Shown here: in pieces, positions 17,920-24,010 of the stretch
Layout of the letters: the number at the start of each line of letters is the position of its first letter
Position numbering within the stretch: position 1 is the stretch's first letter
Assembly (NCBI GenBank): GCA_046861385.1
Contig: JBHHTW010000032.1
Span: 1-24,010 of the forward strand
Direction: 5' to 3'
Source of the DNA: Fidelibacterota bacterium
GTDB lineage: Bacteria > Fidelibacterota > Marinisomatia > Marinisomatales > TCS55
DNA length: 24,010 nt
Program-made: the position numbers and the translations under genes
The notes under the pieces: model-generated
Seen by the model: the letters and a program-made list of their open reading frames with translations, nothing else
What the model was told of the DNA's origin: nothing
Database searches by the model: none

Positions 17920-18989
17920 TGAAAAAATTAACTTTACTGCTTATTCTACTTATGGTTTTTGGATGTGATGACAATCCATCACACAATATCCGGAAGGCAT
18001 ACGTTGCCCTTCAAGGTCAGGATAAAATAGCGGTTCTGGATATTAATGAAGGAAAAGTTCTTAATTATATTAGTGTGGATTTTACCAATACAAGCGATAT
18101 GCCCCACTATATCGTTATTGATGAAACACATCATTACTGGTATTGTACCTTGATATCTTCCGGATACGTCTTAAAATTTGATTTACAAACTGATGAGATG
18201 TTGGATTCAATCCGTATTGGAAATATGCCAGCATTAATGGCATTGGATGAAGAAAATCAATATCTTTATATCTCACGATTTATGCCCATGATGGGATTGA
18301 GCACATCGTCCCAATTAGTTCATAAAATTGATGCTCAGAGCATGAATGTTATTGGGACCGTTAATGTTGGAGCCGACTCTCCCCACGGTATTGCATTGAG
18401 TTCGGACGGAGAAACATTATGGGTATCAAGTAATCAAGCATCCCACTTTTTTAAAATTGAAACCGACAGGATTGGTGAATCAAACTATCAGCCGCAAAAT
18501 TTTCGCATTGGTTCCAATGTGCCATCCAGCTTTCAACTCAATGATGGCATTTACAATGCATTGGAATTAGAATTGAATTATGATGATTCTCAACTTTTCG
18601 TTTCCTGCTCAAACACAAAGGAAGTACGTGTTTTTGACACTGCCACAGGTGATAGTTTATATACAATTTCAACCGGTATGATGCCTTGGCATATGCAAGT
18701 ATCAAAAGGAGGAAACGTTGCTGGAATATTTATTGCAAATCGTATGTCCAACACCGTAACGTGGTATAATCCGGTAACAGGTGAAGAGAAAATATTGACA
18801 GATGATTCCATGGATTTGCTCCATGGCTGTGCATTATCCGACGACGATGAACTTTTGGTTGTTACATCCCCAGGAAGTGGTTATGCATACGTTTTTGATA
18901 CCAATACGGAAAAATTGATACATACAATAGAATTAAATGACGGTAGTAGAACAGAACCCATGCCTACCGGAGTAGCCATTGTTCAATAG
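17916..18989 (+). CDS. YncE/YVTN-like beta-propeller lipoprotein
   Basis: Lipobox MVFG-C; about 7 blade repeats (e.g. VGADSPHGIALSSDGETLWVS); ATGA overlap with the peptidase gene. Confidence 0.85.
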   Translation: MMKKLTLLLILLMVFGCDDNPSHNIRKAYVALQGQDKIAVLDINEGKVLNYISVDFTNTSDMPHYIVIDETHHYWYCTLISSGYVLKFDLQTDEMLDSIRIGNMPALMALDEENQYLYISRFMPMMGLSTSSQLVHKIDAQSMNVIGTVNVGADSPHGIALSSDGETLWVSSNQASHFFKIETDRIGESNYQPQNFRIGSNVPSSFQLNDGIYNALELELNYDDSQLFVSCSNTKEVRVFDTATGDSLYTISTGMMPWHMQVSKGGNVAGIFIANRMSNTVTWYNPVTGEEKILTDDSMDLLHGCALSDDDELLVVTSPGSGYAYVFDTNTEKLIHTIELNDGSRTEPMPTGVAIVQ

Positions 18990-20361
18990 CTGGAAAAGTT
19001 TAATATATTTTGCAATTCCTCTATTGTTCCTGATAGTTGGGTGTGAAGATACAGGGAAGAAAAAATCAACGCCGGAACTTCCCTATCAGACAACCTTTAA
19101 AGTTGAAGATTTTTCTCCCGCAATTGATTGTCAACCATGTCATCCTCGTCACTATGCGGAATGGTCTGCATCCATCCATTCCTATTCCATGTCCGATCCA
19201 ATTTGGTTTGCTCTGCAGCGAAAATCCCAGACAGCACATAAAGCAGTTGGAGAAGAAATTGGAGATTTTTGTGTTCAATGCCATAGTCCCATTGCAGCCT
19301 TAACGAATGCCATAACCGATCATGAAAATTTTACGGTAGAGGTTGCAAATACTCTTCCCCAACAGATACAGGATGGAGTAACCTGCGATGTGTGTCATAC
19401 TGTAACTCATCTGCCGGAACCCACGGATATTCAAACAGGCGAACAAAAATATGAAACAGCAGATTTTAAACTTTTTACTGATGGAACCCGATATGGTACT
19501 CTTAATGAACCCCAGGAAAATTCCTTTCACGAATCAGAGTTTCATGCTGGATATGATCAGTCAGATTTTTGCCGGAATTGTCATAACCTTACCGTAAATG
19601 GAGTGGATGCTGAAGTAACGAGTTTTGAATGGGAAAGGTCAGCGTTTAAAGCCATGGGTACGGAATGTCAGACTTGCCACATGCCTATGTACGAAGGTTA
19701 TGCCGCAGAAGGAGGACCACTGCGTAAAAATCTCCACCGCCACTATTTCCCCGGAGTGGGAACGTCGATTTTGGAAGATTCACAAAATGAATCGTTAATA
19801 CCCGCTATTACAGAAATGTTGAGTGGCGCCGCCGATGTGAATTTCTTTAATCCGCTGCCGGATACGATCCATTCTTCAGAACCATTATCATTCAAATTGA
19901 TTGTATCCAATAATGTGGGACATAATTTTCCATCGGGTGTTCCGTTTACCCGGCAATTGTGGTTGGAGGTTATTGCCACGGTTGATAGTGATACAATTTT
20001 TAAGTCCGGACATTTGGATGAAAATGGTGACATTTATGATTTTCATATTGATCCGGATAAGGTTAATGATCCCCAGTTGAATGTATTTCAAACTGTATTG
20101 TACAATGACGATGGTGACTCGACAGTTGCTGTTGAAAATATGACTTGGATGAATGATAATACGTTACCGGTAAGTGGTTCGAAAATAGTGACTTATACAA
20201 TAGATTTACCGGATACCGGATCGGAGTTAAATATTTCCGTTCGGCTGCTTTTTAGAGCTCTTCCGCCGTATCTACTCATTAATTTAGATTTAATCGATGA
20301 ACTTGAACGGCTAATCACTTGGGAAATTGATACAAATACTGCTTCAGCTGTATTAGAATGA
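18979..20361 (+). CDS. Pentaheme c-type cytochrome lipoprotein (cytochrome c554-like multiheme domain plus C-terminal beta domain), TTG start
   Basis: Five CxxCH motifs (CQPCH, CVQCH, CDVCH, CRNCH, CQTCH); W..S.H..S..DP and GHNFPSG...RQLWL segments; lipobox LIVG-C. Confidence 0.9.
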   Translation: MFNSWKSLIYFAIPLLFLIVGCEDTGKKKSTPELPYQTTFKVEDFSPAIDCQPCHPRHYAEWSASIHSYSMSDPIWFALQRKSQTAHKAVGEEIGDFCVQCHSPIAALTNAITDHENFTVEVANTLPQQIQDGVTCDVCHTVTHLPEPTDIQTGEQKYETADFKLFTDGTRYGTLNEPQENSFHESEFHAGYDQSDFCRNCHNLTVNGVDAEVTSFEWERSAFKAMGTECQTCHMPMYEGYAAEGGPLRKNLHRHYFPGVGTSILEDSQNESLIPAITEMLSGAADVNFFNPLPDTIHSSEPLSFKLIVSNNVGHNFPSGVPFTRQLWLEVIATVDSDTIFKSGHLDENGDIYDFHIDPDKVNDPQLNVFQTVLYNDDGDSTVAVENMTWMNDNTLPVSGSKIVTYTIDLPDTGSELNISVRLLFRALPPYLLINLDLIDELERLITWEIDTNTASAVLE

Positions 20362-22418
20362 AAAGGGTAACCTTTTTCATTCTATTTCTGAATTATATTT
20401 TTCCTCAAGGCTACATTCGAGATATAAATCCATTTCCGATTATAATTGATGGAGAGGAGATTGAAGCACCATTTACGGGTGGTTTAAATCAACCTGATCC
20501 CAGATTCATTGATTGGAATAATGATGGAATTTTAGATTGTTTCGTCAATGACCGCGATGGTTACCTCCAGTATTGGGAAGGGGTTGCAACAGGTATTCCT
20601 GATACCGGAGTATACATTCCACAATTTGAACTCATCACAAAATCTTTTCAGGGTATCAATGTGGGTATTTGGTATGCGTTCCATGATTTTGATAACGACG
20701 GTGATGTTGACTTATTGAGTCATACTCAAAACACGGTTCATGTAAGTTATTGGTCGAATGAAAACGGTCAATTTAATCTCGTAACCAATGAATTGAAAGA
20801 TATGGATAACCTACCGGTTTATGGTGGTCAAATTGTTATCCCGGCTGTTGTGGATATTAATAATGACGGAAATATGGACTATTTTGTAGGAGATATCTCA
20901 GGACGTGTTGCTTATTATGAGGGACTTGAATTTTTTGAAGGACTGCCGCAATTTGAGTTAATAACCAATTCGTTTGAAGATATTTGGATCGTCTGGACTC
21001 CCGGTCGCCATGGCGCTAATGCATTTGAATTTTTTGATCTCGACAATGATAGTGATCTGGATTTGATTTGGGGTGATTTTTATCAGCCTGGACTATTTTA
21101 TCTCGAAAATTACGGTTCATCCACCCATCCGGATTTTAATGATTCACTGATGGTGGATGATTTTCCTTCCGAAGTAAATTTTGAAACAACTGGACGCAAT
21201 ATTGCCCGTATTGTTGATTTTGATAGGGATGGGGATGGAGATATGGTTGTGGGAGTGCTTTCCGGCGCTTACGGTATCGAATACCTGGATAATCTCTATT
21301 ATTTTCAGAACAATGGGACTGGGGAAATTTGGGATTTCGAATTTGTAACATCGAGATTATTGCCTGGATTGGATTTTATTTCCGGAAGTCATCCTGCTGT
21401 ATCAAAAACGTGTAACAATGACAGTTTGAGAATTTGGATTGGGAATGAATTCAATCCCAAAAATACGGCTTGGTCCGGAGGGCTATATTCCTTAGATGCG
21501 AGTGGAAATCCTGAGGGCTCTCTATCTTTAAACTATAATTCTATCTTACAACTAGGTTCAAACTTATCACCAGGTATATTTGAAAATTTAACAAACCCGA
21601 ATTCTCTGGCTCATGATCTGTTTGTAGGTGATTTTAACGGCACTATTTACAAAATTGAGGAAAATATTCTACCATTTGATTCATGCGTATTTGACGATCC
21701 TGAACCCAATTTTTTAAATATTGATTTAAGCGGCAGGTCGACACCGTCCTTTGGGGATGTGGATCAGGATGGAGATGATGATTTAATTATTGGAGATAAA
21801 GATGGATTTATCCACGTTTTTTGGAATAGGGCGACTACCGATTCTGCAATGTTTGATTCCATATCCTCCTTGTCCATAGATATTGGTGATAATGCCTCAC
21901 CCTTTGTTTTGACAAATGGTCATATTCTCGGGGGGAACAAGGCTGGAGAACTATATGAGATTATTTATTTAAATAGTGGGGAATTATTTGCCGAAAGGCG
22001 ATCGGATATTCCTTACATCGGTAGTAATCTTGTCCCGGCGGCATATTACAGGGCAGGTCAAAGTGAACCGGACTTGATATTCGGCACTTCAGCGGGAGGG
22101 CTTCAATATTTCCGGTGGGATTCAACGAATGTTGATATTCGGGACGAAGTAATCCCATCAGAATTTTCATTAAGTATTCCTTATCCAAATCCCTTCAATA
22201 ACTATTTTTCATTTTTTATTAATTCTGATCAAAAGAATTTTGTAACCATCACACTCGTGAATCTTTTGGGTCAAAAAGTCCAAAATATTTTTTATGGAAC
22301 TCTTCAGCCAGATGGAAACCGATTCAATGTTGAGACACAGCTTCCATCCGGGATATATTTTCTCACAGCTGAAACAGATTCACGGATTCAAATACGTAAA
22401 ATTCTCTTAATAAAATGA
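20358..22418 (+). CDS. FG-GAP/VCBS-repeat protein with C-terminal T9SS type A sorting domain
   Basis: Ca-binding loops DWNNDG, DFDNDG, DINNDG, DLDNDS, DFDRDG and DVDQDG; C-terminal PYPNPFN...NLLGQKV...LPSGIYFL...KILLIK. Confidence 0.88.
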   Translation: MKRVTFFILFLNYIFPQGYIRDINPFPIIIDGEEIEAPFTGGLNQPDPRFIDWNNDGILDCFVNDRDGYLQYWEGVATGIPDTGVYIPQFELITKSFQGINVGIWYAFHDFDNDGDVDLLSHTQNTVHVSYWSNENGQFNLVTNELKDMDNLPVYGGQIVIPAVVDINNDGNMDYFVGDISGRVAYYEGLEFFEGLPQFELITNSFEDIWIVWTPGRHGANAFEFFDLDNDSDLDLIWGDFYQPGLFYLENYGSSTHPDFNDSLMVDDFPSEVNFETTGRNIARIVDFDRDGDGDMVVGVLSGAYGIEYLDNLYYFQNNGTGEIWDFEFVTSRLLPGLDFISGSHPAVSKTCNNDSLRIWIGNEFNPKNTAWSGGLYSLDASGNPEGSLSLNYNSILQLGSNLSPGIFENLTNPNSLAHDLFVGDFNGTIYKIEENILPFDSCVFDDPEPNFLNIDLSGRSTPSFGDVDQDGDDDLIIGDKDGFIHVFWNRATTDSAMFDSISSLSIDIGDNASPFVLTNGHILGGNKAGELYEIIYLNSGELFAERRSDIPYIGSNLVPAAYYRAGQSEPDLIFGTSAGGLQYFRWDSTNVDIRDEVIPSEFSLSIPYPNPFNNYFSFFINSDQKNFVTITLVNLLGQKVQNIFYGTLQPDGNRFNVETQLPSGIYFLTAETDSRIQIRKILLIK

Positions 22419-22564
22419 TTCCGGTGAATTGGATAGTACTTTCATTATTTTCAAACTTGTGAACGGGGCTTCATCTGGTTGAATCATGATAATATGGAAC
22501 CAATTTATAAATTCCGCATACAATTTCAGCAAATGAAATCAACGAATATTTAGGAGCTATTATT

Positions 22565-23950
22565 TTGAAGCGATATTTAATTACAATCACTATTATTTTA
22601 TCCCTTAGTTGGGCACAAAATTCAATTGTTTCTCAGTTCAGTAATACCTTTGCTGATGTAGCTGAGACCGTTAATCCGTCCGTCGTTACAATCCTTGCAG
22701 ATAAAACAATTAAACAAAAACAGTATCATAAGAGGAATCCTTTTGAAGACTTTTTCCCACAGGAATTTTTCCCTCAGGAATTTAAAACCCGCGCATTGGG
22801 TTCCGGTGTAGTTGTTGACAAAGAAAATGGCTATATTTTGACGAATAACCATGTTGTAGAAAATATGGATGAAATCACGGTTAAACTCATTGATAAAAGG
22901 GAGTATGACGCTGAAATAGTCGGCATGGATCCAAAATCAGATTTGGCGATCATTAAAATAAACACGGACGATTTGGCGGCAATAAAATTAGGTGATTCGG
23001 ACCAGCTGAGAGTGGGGGAATGGGTGTTGGCGATCGGCAGTCCGTTTAATGAAAATTTAAGTCATTCTGTCACAGCCGGTATTGTGAGTGCTTTAGGCCG
23101 GAGTCATATTATTTCCAACGAAAATTATGAGGATTTTATTCAAACGGATGCAGCCATTAATCCCGGAAACAGCGGGGGAGCTCTGGTGAATCTAAATGGA
23201 GAATTAATTGGAATTAATGCTGCCATTGCTACCGGAGGTGGACTCGAACGATCCAATCGAGGTGTTGGATTTGCCATACCAATCAATATGGTTAAGAAAG
23301 TGATGGGCGATTTGATTAATGAAGGTCGTGTCATTCGTTCATGGCTTGGTGTGTATATTCAGGATTTGGATGACGCCACCGCTCGTGCTCTGGATATGAC
23401 CACCCGTGACGGTGCCCTTATTAGTGACGTGGTGAATAACAGTCCCGCTGAAAAAGCCGGGATAGAAATTGGTGACATTATCATCACATTTGATGGTAAA
23501 AATATTACTGGGTCATCACGGTTGAAAAATGTTGTATCCAGCTCAACTCCCGGAAAACGCTATATAGTGGAATTGCTTCGTGATAGTAAAAAGAAAAAAT
23601 ACTATATTACATTAGAGGAACTTCCAGATGATCCGCTATCACTTGCTAAAGCGGATAAAGAATTTGAATCCGACCTGGGATTTAAAGTTAAAAACGTTAA
23701 TTCAGAAATGAGAAGGAATTATCGTCTGGAACATAATGTGGAAGGTGTGGTCGTCTCTGAAATTGACAGAAGAAGTAAAGCCTATTCTTCCGGACTCAGG
23801 CCGGGAGATGTCATAACACGGGTTGGTAGAAAAGATGTAGACAGTGTAGAATTATTCTATGATCTATTAGATAAAGAAACAAAAGGAAAAACGATATTAT
23901 TTCTTGTCAAAAGAGGAAATGTATCTCGGTTTATTACCTTGGAAATGTAA
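22565..23950 (+). CDS. degP: Do/DegP/HtrA periplasmic serine protease with two PDZ domains (TTG start)
   Basis: LGSGV, TNNHVV, SDLAII and QTDAAINPGNSGG motifs; two PDZ-like regions; SD AGGAG at 22552-22556. Confidence 0.93.
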   Translation: MKRYLITITIILSLSWAQNSIVSQFSNTFADVAETVNPSVVTILADKTIKQKQYHKRNPFEDFFPQEFFPQEFKTRALGSGVVVDKENGYILTNNHVVENMDEITVKLIDKREYDAEIVGMDPKSDLAIIKINTDDLAAIKLGDSDQLRVGEWVLAIGSPFNENLSHSVTAGIVSALGRSHIISNENYEDFIQTDAAINPGNSGGALVNLNGELIGINAAIATGGGLERSNRGVGFAIPINMVKKVMGDLINEGRVIRSWLGVYIQDLDDATARALDMTTRDGALISDVVNNSPAEKAGIEIGDIIITFDGKNITGSSRLKNVVSSSTPGKRYIVELLRDSKKKKYYITLEELPDDPLSLAKADKEFESDLGFKVKNVNSEMRRNYRLEHNVEGVVVSEIDRRSKAYSSGLRPGDVITRVGRKDVDSVELFYDLLDKETKGKTILFLVKRGNVSRFITLEM

Positions 23951-24010
23951 CATTATAACCTTTCAAAGGTTTAACTTGTCGTGTCGAAACCATTTGGTGA
24001 AGGCAGGAAC

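Noticed and set aside
17916-20361. nirS/nirF/nirN, nosZ or nrfA assignment
   Set aside because: The propeller lacks a heme c or CuA domain, the cytochrome lacks CxxCK, and no nir/nos/nrf accessory genes are present
14968-20361. Canonical MtrAB/Pcc porin-cytochrome conduit
   Set aside because: The barrel is about 345 aa, Omp85-like and peptidase-fused, and the cytochrome has only five hemes; this does not match MtrB/MtrA architecture
22496-22525. SigmaE-type promoter for degP (GGAACC at 22496)
   Set aside because: No convincing matching -10 element; the overlapping TAAATTC box explains the region equally well
344-23334. Numerous short antisense or out-of-frame ORFs in the track (e.g. 344-796, 1262-1570, 6648-6974, 9775-10176, 10577-10879, 19743-20033)
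   Set aside because: They shadow well-supported genes and have no recognisable motifs
1-24010. CRISPR array, tRNA/rRNA, IS element, selenocysteine read-through
   Set aside because: No regularly spaced repeats, cloverleafs or transposase seen; the redox motifs (CHWC, CTNC, CGPC) are all Cys-encoded in uninterrupted ORFs

Overview
AT-rich bacterial chromosomal window with no CRISPR array, rRNA, tRNA or transposase recognised. A C-terminal T9SS-type sorting domain, several lipoproteins and a Bacteroidota-style DsbD point to the FCB superphylum. Ca. Marinimicrobia/Marinisomatota is my best guess, by inference only. The left half holds a probable 6S RNA with its own promoter and terminator, a DAACS symporter, a YyaL/SPATA20-type protein, a DUF885 protein, a Na+/solute symporter, a vapBC pair with a triple palindromic operator, and a GNAT. 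The right half is one tightly packed + strand run: pyrF, a frameshifted four-helix-bundle (IVS-protein family) gene in degenerate inverted repeats, pyrE, cyclophilin, patatin, DsbD, TlpA, an M1 aminopeptidase fused to an apparent Omp85-like barrel, a His/Met-rich YncE-like propeller lipoprotein, a pentaheme cytochrome c lipoprotein and an FG-GAP protein with T9SS CTD, followed by degP. The best candidate for an undescribed system is the envelope redox/proteolysis cassette at 12513-22418. A recurring TAAATTC box 8-12 nt upstream of start codons suggests near-leaderless transcription.
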